From the NCBI RefSeq assembly GCF_006345805.1, contig NC_043006.1, positions 16,244,001 through 16,308,000 on the forward strand: 64,000 bases of DNA. Direction: 5' to 3'. Origin of the DNA: Octopus sinensis (lineage: Eukaryota). The notes under the pieces were generated by a model, which worked only from the letters and a program-made list of their open reading frames with translations, was not told where the DNA came from and searched no databases. Numbering within the stretch: position 1 is the stretch's first letter; each line of letters begins with the position of its first letter. Shown here in pieces: positions 23,768 through 37,028 of this stretch. The translations under genes were made by a program, and so were the position numbers.

Positions 23768-26039
23768 ACTCTTTACTCTCTTTTACTCTTTTACTTGTTT
23801 CAGTCATTTGACTGCGGCCATGCTGGAGCACCGCCTTTAGTCGAGCAACTCGACCCCAGGACTTATTCTTCGTAAGCCCAGTACTTATTCTATCAGTCTC
23901 TTTTTGCCGAACCGCTAAGTGACGGGTACATAAACACACCAGCATCGGTTGTCAAGCGATGGTGGGGGGACAAACACAGACACACAAACACACACGCACA
24001 CATATATACACATATATACGACAGGCTTCTTTCAGTTTCCGTCTACCAAATCCACTCACAAGGCTTTGGTCGGCCCGGGGCTATAGTAGAAGACACTTGC
24101 CCAAGATGCCACGCAGTGGGACTGAACCCGGAACCATGTGGTTGGTAAGCAAGCTACTTACCACACAGCCACTCCTGCACCTATATACTTTATTTTAGCT
24201 AAAACCGGACCGCCAGAAGCAGTGGATTTTTTCCTCCTAGTTCCCTGATTTTCTGATGCAATCAAAATCTGTCGACATCAACTTCGTGTTCTGAATTCTT
24301 CAGTTAATGATGAAATAGTTTTTATAATTACTACTGTTTCAGTTTTCTTGTGCATTGACTACTTAGGGCACTTATGTTCCTTTCTTGTACGAAATTTTGA
24401 TGTCTTACGTTTTCAAGTTAGTCTTTAAAAGTGTTTTTCAACATTTATTGTTGTTTTACCATTTTCCTTGGAGTTAAATAGCAGGCATTAAAAATATAGG
24501 CAATCTTTCGTCTCTAGTAGACCTTTCCGTCGATTTCCGTAAAAAAAAATTTTTTTTGACATATGGGCTTGCGGGAACTTTTGAAGTAATGAGAGCGAAA
24601 GAGACTAAGAGAAAGCGATTGTATGACGAGGGAAGTTCTTTTGAAGTTACCGTGCATGGGAAGCATTGATGTACATGTGTGTTTGATGGGGTGTGGGAGA
24701 CAGACAGTATGTTGTGTAAGTGAAGTGCTTCTGTTAGTGTGTGTGAAGAGACAGAGTAATGTGTGAAAGAAAGAGATAACTGAAATTTTTTACTCGGTGT
24801 ATGTGTATATGCATGTATATTACTTCTTCAAAAGTTCCCGCAAGCCCATATGTAAAAAAAAAAAAAATTTTTCGGAAATCGACGGAAAGGTCTACTAGAG
24901 ACGAAAGATCGCCAAAATATAAATATTGTTGTTCGCTACAGTAAAGAATAATAGTTTATTTCTAATAATCTGTTGAATGTTGAACAGATTTCCACGATCG
25001 CTTATAATTCTAATGACTTTGATATGTTGTAAATAACAAAATGTAATAAAAATGTTGGAAGTAAATTGTTAAAATAAGTAGGTGTTAACTTCCCTGGAGG
25101 CAGAAATGATTTTACTCTCTTTACTCTTTAACTTGTTTCAGTCATTTGACTGCGGCCATGCTGGAGCACCGCCTTTAGTCGAGCAAATAGACCCCGGGAC
25201 TTATACTTTGTAAGCCCAGTACTTATTCTATCGTTCTCTTTTGCCGAACCGCTAAGTGACAGGGACATAAACACACCAGCATCAGTTGTCAAGCAATGCT
25301 AGGGGGACAAACACAGACACACAAACACATACACTTATATATATATACATATATACGACAGGCTTCTTTCAGTTTCCGTCTACCAAATCCACTCACAAGG
25401 CATGGTCGGGGCCCGGGGTATAGCAGAAGACACTGCCCAAGATGCCACGCAGTGGGACTGAACCCGGAACCATGTGGTTGGTAAGCAGCTACTTACCACA
25501 CGCCACTCCTGCTCCTGCACCTATATATTTCTTTTACTTTATTTTAGCTAAAACCGGATCGCCAGAAGCAGTGGATTTTTTCTTCATAGTTCCCTGATTT
25601 TCTGATGCAATCAAAATCTGTCGACATCAACTTCGTGTTCTAAATTCTTTAGTTAATGATGAAATAGTTTTTATAATTACTACTTTCAGTTTTCTTGTGC
25701 ATTGACTACTTAGGGCACTTATGTTCCTTTCTTGTACAAAATTTTTTGTTGTCTTACGTTTTCAAGATAGTCTTTAAAAGTGTTTTTCAGCATTTATTGT
25801 TGTTTCGCCATTTTCCTTGGAGTTAAATAGCAGGCATTAAAAATATAAATATTGTTGTTCGCTACAGTAAAGAATAATAGTTTATTTTTAATAATCTGTT
25901 GAATGCTGAACAGATTTCCACGATAGGTTATAATTCTAATGACTTTGATATGTTGTAAATAACAAAATGTAATAAAAATGTTGAAAGTAAATTGTTAAAA
26001 TAAGTAGGTGTTAACTTCCCTGGAGGCAGAAATGATTTT
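23768..26039. repeat. Tandem segmental duplication (about 23775-25112 and 25113-26039), each copy starting with a minus-strand SINE B
   Basis: The unique flank (ttattttagctaaaaccgga..gcaggcattaaaaatata..gttaacttccctggaggcagaaatgatttt) is present twice with scattered substitutions. Confidence 0.9.
24499..24913. mobile_element. MITE with long TIRs, GG..CC ends and 8-bp TSD (Merlin-like)
   Basis: TIR ggcaatctttcgtctctagtagacctttccgtcgatttccg..; TSD aaaatata at 24491-24498 and 24914-24921; empty site in the duplicate at 25840-25847. Confidence 0.92.
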
Positions 26040-26772
26040 GTTTGGTTTTTTTCTAACCTTTTAACCTTTTCTATTTATTTGTATGTGTTTACTCTGTCTA
26101 TCTCATTATTTGATAAGTATTATTCCGATTATCTAACATGATGTTCGAAGCTTTTATTAATTTCCTTCTGTTTATGTTATCAATGTCCATGGTTTTATTG
26201 CTTAGATTTTTCTTGTATGTATTTTTTATAGTTTAAGTTTTTGTCTATTGTTGGTCTTTTCCTTTAAGCGTTTTATTTCCTTTTTTTTTTTTTGTGTATT
26301 CTTCATTTTATATCTTCTAAAATTAACTACTCCGTTACTATCTGAGGACAAAAAAAAACAGTTTGTTCTTTTGATTTTCTGATGCTTTGTAGCCTTTTGT
26401 ATTAGTTTCCTTTTTACTCTTCACAAGACACTTTTGTTTGTAGTCTTAGAATAATATTCTATAATAATCTTCTCACTACTTCTTTTCAGTCGTGGTAAAT
26501 ATAACAATTTCGTATCGGCTTTACGAAATTATTATATTTAGTGGTGTATTTTGAATACAGCTATTATATTCCTTGTTCATTTTTTCCCATCTAACTTTGC
26601 TAATTCACACAGTTTCGAACTGAAAATAAATAGTCTAGCGATAAAATATTATTGGACAATCTTCAGTACTGACACCTATTACCTTATTTTAACATTTAAC
26701 TCTTTAGCATTTTGATTACTCTGTCATAGGCAATGCTTATTATTTCACATTGTTTTCAATTAATCAAACACT

Positions 26773-27587
26773 AGGCGTAGGAGTGGCTGTGTGGTAAGTA
26801 GATTGCTTACGAACCACATGGTTCCAGGTTCAGTCCCACTGCGTGGCACTTTGGGCAAGTGTCTTCTACTATAGCCTCGGGGCGATCAAAGCCTTGTGAG
26901 TGGATTTCGTAGACGGAAACTGAAAGAAGCCCGTCGTATATATGTATATATATGTGTGTGTGTGTGTGTGTGCGTTTGTGCTTGTCCCACCCAACATAGC
27001 TTGACAACCGATGCTGATGTATTTACGTCCCCGTAACTTAGCGGTTCGGCAAAAGAGACCAGTAGAATAAGTACTAGGCTTACAAAGAATAAATCCTGGG
27101 GTCGATTTGCTCGACTAAAGGCGGCGAGCTGGCAGAATCGTTAGCACGCCGGGCGAAATGCTTAGCGGTATTTCGTCTGTCTTTACGTTCTGAGTTCAAA
27201 TTCCGCCGAGGTCGACTTTGCCTTTCATCCTTTCGGGGTCGATAATTAAGTACCAGTTACGCACTGGAGTCGATGTAATCTACTTAATCCGTTTGTCTGT
27301 CCTTGTTTGTCCCCTCTGTGTTTAGCCCCTTGTGGGTAGTAAAGAAATAGGTATTTCGTCTACCGCTACGTTCTGAGGTCAAATTCCGCCGAGGTCGACT
27401 TTGCCTTTCATCCTTTCGAAGTCGATTAAATAAGTACCAGTTACGCTCTGGGGGTGATATAATCTACTAAATCCGTTTGTCTGTCCTTGTTTGTCCCCTC
27501 TGTGTTTAGCCCCTTGTGGGCAGTAAAGAAATAAGAAATAAAGACGGTGCTCCAGCATGACTGAAACAAGTAAAAGAGTAAAAGAGT
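26773..27587 (+). mobile_element. SINE family B interrupted by a dimeric family A SINE (27120-27538)
   Basis: The B tail cgactaaaggcggtgctcc is split (taaaggcgg / taaagacgg). Family A full copy plus a repeated 183-bp 3' part. Confidence 0.88.
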
Positions 27588-28297
27588 ATCCTGTATCTTT
27601 GCGATTTTCATAAGGTAACTGTTGATCTTTAAAATGATGTAGGACTTGGTGTGAAAAATCTAGATGTGGCCACTTCGTCCATAAAACAAGAAGAATATTT
27701 TGGCCGGATATGACCGGTTTTAATGCTAAAAAGTTAACTTAGTTTTGGTTATTAACATTATATGTCTAAAATATTCTTCTCTAGACTTTTCTTTCAAAGT
27801 ACTGGAATATCTAGAATGTTGATACCTATTAGCTTATTTTTTACATTTAGGATTCAAGTAGGATTCTGATGCGTCTTAACTATCCTAGCATTTTCTTATA
27901 CTTACGCGCACTTTGCTCGACCTTTTTCGTTAATATATCATCTCTGTTTCATTTTCTAACATATTTGTCACCGTAAGTTGTTAACGCTTATAGACTTAAT
28001 GTGTTTATGCTCATTGTTTATTTTATTTTATTGCATATTTTGCAATATTGTTTATGTTATTTTATTGCATATTTTGGTTCAGTATTTTATGGTTTTATGC
28101 TTTATGTGTGACTATGTGTCTGCATACAGAGTGTTCGGGCTAAATTTGACAGTTTTCATAAAATGGACGACAGTGCTAAATAAACTGTTCTCATCCAAGT
28201 CCGGACTACTTCCTTTTTCTTAATATATAAAATCTGTACACTATTTCAAGTAACCTATAGATACATACATCATACATACATACATATATATATATAT

Positions 28298-28867
28298 ACG
28301 AAAAATTAATTTGCGAAAGTATCATTAATTCTATTATTATCCAATGTAACTATTTTAAAAATGATAATAACAGAATATCAATGAAACAGGCGATAGCTGG
28401 CCAAAAATAGCATTTAATAGCCGAGGGATTAAAATTAATCAAAGGACATAGTAAGTATGTCTACCTGCTTGAAATAACAGTCACAACTCTTATTAAATCG
28501 CAAAAAATACACTGATAATAACTACAGAAATCAAACGAAGGCAAAATCAGGTTAAGACACTCTAGTAACATGCACTTAAATATCTGGACTCACGTGGACC
28601 GGTTTCCGCACTGGCAAAATAAGCCTTAGCTTCTTCAGCACGCGTTACTATGATTAGAGATTCCCAGCCCATCGTTTTGAAATCACAGCAGCCACCAGTG
28701 TAAAATAATCTCGATACATTTTACGAGAAAAATAATTTACGAAAAATTAATTTGCGAAGGTGTCATTAATTCTATTATTATCCAATGTAACTATTTTTAA
28801 AATGATAATAACAGAATCAATGACACAGGCGATAGCAGGCCAAAAATAGCATTTAATAGCCGAGGGA
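28298..28867 (-). mobile_element. Hammerhead-bearing unit with about 130-bp direct terminal repeats (period 441 bp)
   Basis: acgaaaaattaatttgcgaa..tagccgaggga at 28298 and 28739; the ribozyme lies in between; preceded by (TA)n. Confidence 0.7.
28591..28644 (-). ncRNA. Type-I hammerhead motif
   Basis: CGCGUG CUGAAGA a GC..GGC-UUAUUUU-GCC..GC g GAA ACCGGU C CACGUG; 6-bp stem I (one GU), ACCGGU palindrome, GUC triplet. Confidence 0.75.
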
Positions 28868-29212
28868 GTTCAGCAAAAATTTAGATTCAAATGAATATGG
28901 TAGTTAATTTAGATGCACCAGAATTCTGTATGGTGTTATCCACAAAAATCTGTGGGGTGATTATAATCAAATTAAGCAACAAGAATGACTCCGGTAATTT
29001 GGTACGATCGTTTCGTACTACATCATTTTATTAAATGTTGTAAGTATTACAACATTTTTAAAATGCTGAGCACTCATCAGCCAATTATAGAGGTTTTCCA
29101 TTAATAGAAAAATTTTCATATCAAGTGGCAACATTATAGAGAAGGTATATATATATATAAACTTACAGTAGGTCGAATAACTGAATGTTCATTTTCGAAC
29201 AATGGAGATCCA

Positions 29213-29253
<41 letters not shown>

Positions 29254-29257
29254 GGTG

Positions 29258-29357
29258 NNNNNNNNNNNNNNNNNNNNNNNNNNNNNNNNNNNNNNNNNNN
29301 NNNNNNNNNNNNNNNNNNNNNNNNNNNNNNNNNNNNNNNNNNNNNNNNNNNNNNNNN
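29258..29357. other. Assembly gap (100 N)
   Basis: Run of N. Confidence 1.
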
Positions 29358-29498
29358 CTTATTTCTCCGCACTCTCTCTTTCTTCCTACTTGCTCTTCCC
29401 TAACCTTCTTACTCTCTTTCTTCACTTTTTTTGGTACCAAAGACAATCCAATTTTTTATCACTCATCGTTTTTCTACTTGACCAGTGCATAGGTAAGA

Positions 29499-29685
29499 CA
29501 TCATCGTTTAATGTCCATTTTCCATGCTGGAATAGGTTGAACGGTTCGACTGGGGCCTGGGAAACCAGGAGGCTGTACCAGGCTCCAGTCTGATTTGGCA
29601 GTGTTTCTACAGCTTGATGCCCTTCCTAACGCCAACCACTCTGAGAATGTAGTGGGTGCTGTTTTTACGTGCCACCGGCAGAGGG
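29499..29685 (-). mobile_element. Retroposon 3' tail ending in (GAT)n (RTE-type tail inferred)
   Basis: Homologous to 4765-4975. Confidence 0.6.
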
Positions 29686-30019
29686 GCCAATTTCCTGCCT
29701 AGTACTCATTTCAAATCCCCAGTTTATCTTTTCACTTTTCATTCTTTTCTTTCCTTCTAACTTCCTTCCCTCTACACCATCTCTCTATCCTTCTCCTGAG
29801 CCTTCTCATTGTACCTGTGGAACACAAGCACCACTATTTTCTTCCTTTTTTTGTGTTAGTTTTTGTCATGTATTGTCCAACAGTTCGAAATACTTGCAAT
29901 TTGTATTTTTACTGCTTATTTTAGCTCTGCTTGATACATTTCCAAAATTAAACATTTTAATATGCAAAATATACTTCACATTATTATATATACTATGCAT
30001 TAATGCAAAAAATATTGTG

Positions 30020-30504
30020 TTTATTGGCTATCTTCAAAATGATCACACCATCAATATAAAATTTCAATACCAACTTCCTAAGGCAGTTATGAAAGGCTTT
30101 CAAGACCAAACACCCAGAAAAACTGATGAATGGGCTCTTGTTTCATTAGGACAATGCTTCAGCACACAAGTCCTTGGTTTCAATGGCTGCTGTGTGTGAC
30201 TGGCTTTGAACTGGTTGATCATACTCCCTATGTTAGTGATTTGGTTCCTTCTGGTTATCATGTTTCCAACATAGAAAAACACTCAGCTGAGCACCAGTAT
30301 CACTATGATGAGAACATCTTATCTGTTGTTGATGACCATTTTGATCAACAGAAAAGCTTCTTCACCAGTGCGACCCAAGCACTGCAACTACTTATGGAAG
30401 TGTGTGGACAGTAAGAGGAACTGTGTTAGAAAATGAACTTCATTTGGTCACATTCCATTGAGAGTATCTTGCTCAGATTATGAACATTTCAGCCAACCCT
30501 CATA
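30020..30504 (+). pseudogene. mariner transposase C-terminal remnant with right TIR
   Basis: Translates to LFH*DNASAHKS, FELVDHTPYVSDLVPSGY (HPPYSPDLAPSDY-like), ALQ..WKCVD; ends ..tttcagccaaccctca TA. Confidence 0.85.
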
Positions 30505-31043
30505 ATAATAAAAATTATTATTATACCTGCATTTGTTTTAATGTTAACATTGGAAAAATCCACATTTTTCATAAAATAATTAGGACCTGGGTTTGCACTC
30601 CCTTAGCAAATTTTGTTGCTGGGCCACTGTAAGAGAAATATTATGGTTTGGGAAAGATCTGGCTGCTATTTCTAGCAAATCTAACAACCCTGTTGGCTCG
30701 TGTTCTACCCGAACTTTGTGTGTATGCGTGTGTGTGTATATGTGTGTGTGCATGTCTGTGTCTGAGTGTGCGTGTGCGCGCAGGAGTGTGGTAATATACC
30801 TGGGTTTCTTCGATCGGTATGTGTTCGATGAGATTCGTATATAATGATCGGTTGCGTGAATGTATTTTTCCTGTATGTGAGTGACTGTATGTACACGCAT
30901 GCGTGTGTGTAAGTGTATAAATGTGAGTGTAAGTGTGTGTAAGTGTATGTGTGTGTGTGTGTGTTGGAGGTGTAGCTGGGTTTATTCGATTCGTACGCCT
31001 ATGTGTTTGATTTGATCTCTGTTCAGTTGTGTGACTGCGTTTT

Positions 31044-31111
<68 letters not shown>

Positions 31112-31181
31112 AAGCGCTTCAATTGTGCGCATGTGAATTAACTGGATGTGTGTGTGCGTGAGTGATCAGTTAAATATATAC

Positions 31182-31545
31182 TCTTTTTTTTACTTGTTTC
31201 AGTCATTTGACTGTGGCCATGCTGGAGCACGGCCTTTAGTCGAGCAAATCGACCCCAGGAGTTATTCTTTGTCAGCCTAGTACTTATTCTATCGGTCTAT
31301 TTTGCCGAACGGCTAAGTTACGGGGACGTAAACACACTAGCATCGGTTGTCAAGCGATGTTGGAGGACAAACACAGACACACAAACATATACACACTCAC
31401 ATATACGTATACATATATACAACGGGCTTCTTTCACTCACAAGGCTTTGGTCGGCCCGAGGCTATAGTAGAAGACACTTGCCCAAGTTGCCACGCAGTGG
31501 GACTGAACCTGGAACCATGTGGTTCGTAAGCAAGCTACTCCTCCG
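31182..31545 (-). mobile_element. SINE family B with internal deletion
   Basis: Sequence match. Confidence 0.85.
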
Positions 31546-31789
31546 AGTGTAAATTTTCGTTGCCTGCGTATGGGTGTCTGTATACCAGTGTGTGTATGTA
31601 TACCAGTGTGTGTACGTATACCAGTGTGTGTATATTGTATGTACATGCGTATGACTGTGTGTGCGTTTGACTGCGTGTGTATTTGTCCGTATGTGCGTGC
31701 CTGTGTGTGTTCGAATGTTTGCATTTGTGAGAATGACAAAGATCATGTTTAGGTGTTGTCTGTGTGAGTGGGCGTGTAAGATTGTGTGT

Positions 31790-32580
31790 GTGTGTGTGTG
31801 TGTGTGTGGGTTAGTGTGTATGTGTGTTAGTGTGTGTGTGTGTTAGTGCATGTGTTAGTGCGTGTGTTAGTGTGTGTGTGTGTGTTAGTGAGTGTATGTG
31901 TTAGTGTGTGTGTATAGTGTGTGTGTTAGTGTGTGTGTGTTAGTGTGTGTGTGTTAGTGTGTGTTTGTTAGTGTGTGTGTTAGTGTGTGTGTGTTAGTGT
32001 GTGTGTTAGTGTGTGTGTTAGTGTGTGTGTGTTAGTGTGTGTGTGTGTTAGTGTGTGTGTGTTAGTGTGGTTTGTTAGTGTTGTTGTTAGTGTGTTGTGT
32101 GTTAGTGGTGTTGTGTGTTAGTGTGTGTGTGTTAGTGTGTGTTTGTTAGTGGTTGGTGTGTTAGTGTGTGTGTGTTAGTGTGTGTGTTAGTGTGTGTGTT
32201 AGTGTGTGTGTTTGTAAGTGTGGGTGTGTGTAGTGTGTGTTTGTAAGTGTGTTGTGTGTGTTAGTGTGTGTGTTAGTGTGTGTGTTAGGTGTTTGTTAGT
32301 TGTGTGTGTGTGTGTGTTGTGTGTGTGCGTGTACGCCTGTGCGTGTGCGTGTGTGTGTGGTGTCGTGTGTGTGGGTGCGTGTGTGTGTGCGTGAGTGTGT
32401 GTGTGTGTTGCTTGAGTGTGTGTGTGTGCTTGAGTGTGTGTGTGTGTGCTTGAGTGTGGTGTGTGTGCTTGAGTGTGTGTGTGTGTGCTTGAGTGTGTGT
32501 GTGTGTGCGTGAGTGTGTGTGTGTGTGCTTGAGTGTGTGTGTGTGCTTGAGTGTGTGTGTGTGTGTGCTTGAGTGTGTTT
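31790..32580. repeat. Degenerate (GT)n-based satellite: (GTGTGTTA)n-like, then (GTGTGTGCTTGA)n-like
   Basis: Direct reading. Confidence 0.9.
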
Positions 32581-33009
32581 GCTTTTGTCATAAGAAGAAA
32601 GCGTGCGTGTTTTCTAAGTGTGTTTTATAGTATTTGCATTTGTAAGAACGATAGCGTGTGTGTATATGCGTGTGTGCGCGTGCGTGGGAGTGAGCATGTG
32701 TCTGTGTGCGTGTATGTATGTATGTGTGTGTGTTCGTGTGTATGTTTGAGTGTGTTTGCATCTATGAGAGCGAAAACGTGTGTCTTTGTGTGTCTATGTT
32801 TGTGTGTGTGTGTGCATTTGTGTATCTGTGTGCGTGTGTGTATTTGCGCGGGCGTATGTGTTTGTGTTCGCCTGTGCATATATATTGTATGCGTATGTGC
32901 GCATGTATTTGTTATAGTACGTAAACCTTTTAAAGTTTCCCATTTCTTAACCTAATTTTCAAAATGTCGGTTTTCCACCTCTCCAGTGAAAATGAATTTT
33001 TTTTTAAAT

Positions 33010-33012
33010 ATA

Positions 33013-33079
<67 letters not shown>

Positions 33080-33110
33080 AAGAAGAAGAAGAAGAAGAAG
33101 AAGAAGACGA

Positions 33111-33183
<73 letters not shown>

Positions 33184-33202
33184 GCAACAACAACAACAAC
33201 AA
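33010..33202. repeat. Compound (AAT)n(GAA)n(AAT)n(CAA)n microsatellite
   Basis: Direct reading. Confidence 0.97.
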
Positions 33203-33524
33203 TAAGCATACGAAATAAAAAATAAAATCTGTTCGTTTTCAACAAATCTAAATATAAATTTCAGTTTGAAATATTTTAAAGAATTTTTAGTTCCTTTCTC
33301 TGCGATGTTTTTTGCCCATTTTGCACACTTTTTTTTTTCTTTTTTCTTTCTCATTAACTTCCTTTATTTTCACTACTTCCTTTTTTTCTCCCATTAACTC
33401 TCTTTTGTTCCCATTAATTGATCCTGTTCTTGTAAGTTTGCCTCCTAAACAACAGTCTCTATCTCTTTCAGTCTTTCAGTCTATCTATCTATCTCTCACT
33501 TTTCTTTCTTTATCTTTCTTTCTC

Positions 33525-33582
<58 letters not shown>

Positions 33583-33714
33583 GTTTTCTGTTTCCCTCGT
33601 TTACATCCTTTCACTCTCTCCTTCTCTATTTCACTCTTTCTATTTATCTATCTCTATCGCTCGCTACACCTTTCCATCAAGATAGAATAACTTTCTAACG
33701 AAATATCATTATAA

Positions 33715-34421
33715 TAATAATAATTGTGTACAGTGCTCAGGTGCACTACAACTCATCTAAAGTGTATATATAATCAGGTGTAGTTTCGGCGGATTTCGGA
33801 AAGCATGAGGGCCTTAAAGGATGCAGTGTCATGGTAGTCAACAACTGACGCAGGCAGTTTATTCCATGCTTCAGCAACTCTGAGCGTGAAAAAATGTTTC
33901 CGAAAGTCATGGGAGCTGTGTTGTTTTCTGACTTTGTAGGCATGTCCACGTGTGTTAGACACATGGAGATCAAAAAGGTGTTCAGTGTTGTTGTTGGTGA
34001 GGTGATAACTTTGTGGGTGTTTACCAAGTCCGTCGCCAGACGCCGGAGCTTCAGTGAATCCATGCCCAGGGAAACAAGGCGTTCAGAATATGGTAGGTGT
34101 CTGATGGAGGGTATGCGTTTGGTTGCACGTCTCTGGACAGATTCCAGGAGGTCAATGTTCTGAGCAAGATAGGGGTTCCAAACTGATGATGCGAATTCCA
34201 AGTGTGGTCGTAGGGGGTTCCAAACTGATGATGCGAATTCCAAGTGTGGTCGTAGGGGTTCCAAACTGATGATGCGAATTCCAAGTGTGGTCGTAGGGGG
34301 TTCCAAACTGATGATGCGAATTCCAAGTATGGTCGTAGGGGGTTCCAAACTGATGATGCGAATTCCAAGTATGGTCGTAGGGGGTTCCAAACTGATGATG
34401 CGAATTCCAAGTGTGGTCGTA
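33715..34421 (-). mobile_element. 5'-truncated CR1-clade LINE (RT C-terminus and (ATT)n tail) with six 41-42 bp tandem repeats at its 5' end
   Basis: RPHLEFASSVWNPY..LLESVQRRATKRIP..YSERL..SLKLRRL..D; TRGHAYKV..FRKHFFTLRVAEAWNKLP; repeats at 34170-34419. Confidence 0.92.
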
Positions 34422-34844
34422 TTATCTCTGTAACAATAACGTATCTAGTTCATTCTCAATACTTTCTCGCAGATTCGAACGTAAATACGTTGATCGATCT
34501 TGTATTTCGTCATTGGGGAACATCTAAAACATATAAAAGGCAATACATGTCTATAATACATACAATCCGTTGATGTAAAGAGACTTTGCTACACCGCGTT
34601 GTTTCGGCCTTATTGTATGTCTCCTTAGCTAAAATTACTCCAAAGGGCTGGCTCTTGTTTACAAAAATCAGCAAACACATTATTTGCTGATGACTGCCAA
34701 ACTGATAATAATTCAGGAGATGAACACATACTATTTCTTTACGTGACTCTATGTCCGTGGTGGACTTTAACTACTTAAATGTGAACGAGAGAAAAGAGAG
34801 AACTCAATTGTTGAAGTTGTGTTATGTAATATGTTTTATTGAAA

Positions 34845-35232
34845 CGGTGGAAGCACTCCGTCGGTTACGACGACGAGGGTTCCGGTTGATTCGAATCAAC
34901 GGAACAGCCTGCTCGTGAAATTAACGTGTAAGTGGCTGAGCACTCCACAGACACGTGTACCCTTAACGTAGTTCTCTCAGATATCCAGCGTGACACAGAG
35001 AGTGACAAGGCCGGCCCTTTGAAATACAGGTACAACAGAAACAGGAAGTAAGAGTGAGAGAAAGTTGTGGTGAAAGAGTACAGCAGGGATCACCACCATC
35101 CCCTGCCGGAGCCTCGTGGAGCTTTAGGTGTTTTCGTTCAATAAACACTCACAACGCCCGGTCTGGGAATCGAAACCGCGATCCTATGACCGCGAGTCCG
35201 CTGCCCTAACCACTGGGCCATTGCGCCTCCAC
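34845..35232 (-). mobile_element. SINE family C, full length, 13-bp TSD
   Basis: TSD tgttttattgaaa at 34832-34844 and 35233-35245. Confidence 0.92.
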
Positions 35233-35627
35233 TGTTTTATTGAAAACCAAAGTTTCACAAATCGCTACTCCAAGATTGTCTTTTCCAGTCTTTGGATGAC
35301 AATAAAAATGAAATTTAAAAAATGACATTTAACTGGCACACAATGGATATGTTTGAAGGTCATGGCAAATATTGACTGGTTAACGATAAACGAAGGGATA
35401 TAATACAATCGTTTTTTGGTGTGTTGATAAAAACGACTCTTGAATTTATTGTCAGTCAATCCAATATATGATATTGGTCCGTTGTTGTTATGTAGTAGTA
35501 TAATAACACAACACAATGGATTTTGAAAAGGAATTACCATTGAAAGAATCTTTGTCAAACACCTTAGGATAGCTATGTATACATATACATGTGTGTGCGT
35601 GTGCGTATGTGTGTGTGTGTGTGTGTG

Positions 35628-35662
<35 letters not shown>

Positions 35663-35896
35663 CGCATATGACGGACTTCCTCATAGTTTTCTTCTATCAA
35701 ATTCCATTCATGTGGCATTGGTCATTGTGAAATATAGTAGAAGGCACTACCACACGTGTGCAAGGTTCCGCGCATCGGAATTGAACCGGCAACCACTCTG
35801 CTGCACAGCACATTCTACACTTTGTGATCAGAAACTCAGAAACTACATTATCTGATGCCATTCTGTGATGTTGCACGTGATTTATATAATTTATTT

Positions 35897-36452
35897 CTAT
35901 TTCTTTACTACCCACAAGGGGCTAAACACAGAGGGGACAAACAAGGACAGACAAAGGGATTAAGTCAATTACATCGACCCCCAGTGCGTAACTGGTACGT
36001 AATTTATCGACCCCGAAAGAATGAAAGGCAAAGTCGACCTCGGCGGAATTTGAACTCGGAACGTAACGACAGACGAAATACCTATTTCTTTACTACCCAG
36101 AAGGGGCTAAACACAGATGGGACAAACAAGGACAGACAAAGGGATTAAGTCAATTACATCGACCCCCAGTGCGTAACTGGTACTTAATTGATCGACCCCG
36201 AAAGAATGAAAGGCAAAGTCGACCTCGGCGGAATTTGAACTCGGAACGTAACGGCAGACGAAATACCTATTTCTTTACTACCCAGAAGGGGCTAAACACA
36301 GAGGGGACAAATAAGGACAGACAAAGGGATTAAGTCAATTACATCGACCCCCCAGTGCGTAACTGGTACTTAATTTATCGACCCCGAAAGAATGAAAGGC
36401 AAAGTCGACCTCGGCAGAATTTGAACTCGGAACGTAACGACAGAAGAAATAC
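35897..36452 (-). mobile_element. Head-less trimer of the SINE family A 3' part (3 x 185 bp)
   Basis: Units start at 35897, 36082 and 36267. Confidence 0.92.
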
Positions 36453-36990
36453 GACGTGATTTATATAATACTAAGATGTTACCCTTCATTTGACAAGTAA
36501 CTTTGGAAATATAATTTTACCGCCATGAGTAATATCAGCAAATATGGCATGCGTCGAGTAATTATGATTCAACTTTCTTGGCGCTAATTATAAAATGATG
36601 GAATAAATGCTAATTTTCAAGAGAAATATATTTATTACCTGAAAATAATATTAAATAAAATAAAACAATGACGCACATATACTTTCATTTTTTTGCTTGT
36701 TTCAGTCATTTGACTGCGGCCATGCTGGAGCACCGCCTAAATGTTAATCGCTGGTGTATTTTGTTTACGGAGAACATCTCCATATTTCTCATTTGCATAA
36801 CTCCTCCCTTATATAATCTGTCATTTACTCTCTCTTTTTTTACCTCTCATATTTCTATAATACTCCCTTTGTTGCCGTGTGTTTGAGTGTCTAGTGTTAT
36901 TTTACTCATTGCATGATACCAAACCTAGTATGAGCACTCAACGTGAACCTCTTATGTTAACTCACTCTGTATTTTTCTTTTACTCTCTTC

Positions 36991-37028
<38 letters not shown>

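Noticed and set aside
32930-33354. Poly-R/N/I/L/S ORFs
   Set aside because: Compound trinucleotide microsatellite.
34170-34421. Regular short repeats resembling a CRISPR array (also 46053-46239 and 49981-50190)
   Set aside because: Head-to-tail repeats without unique spacers, derived from retroelements, in a eukaryotic context.
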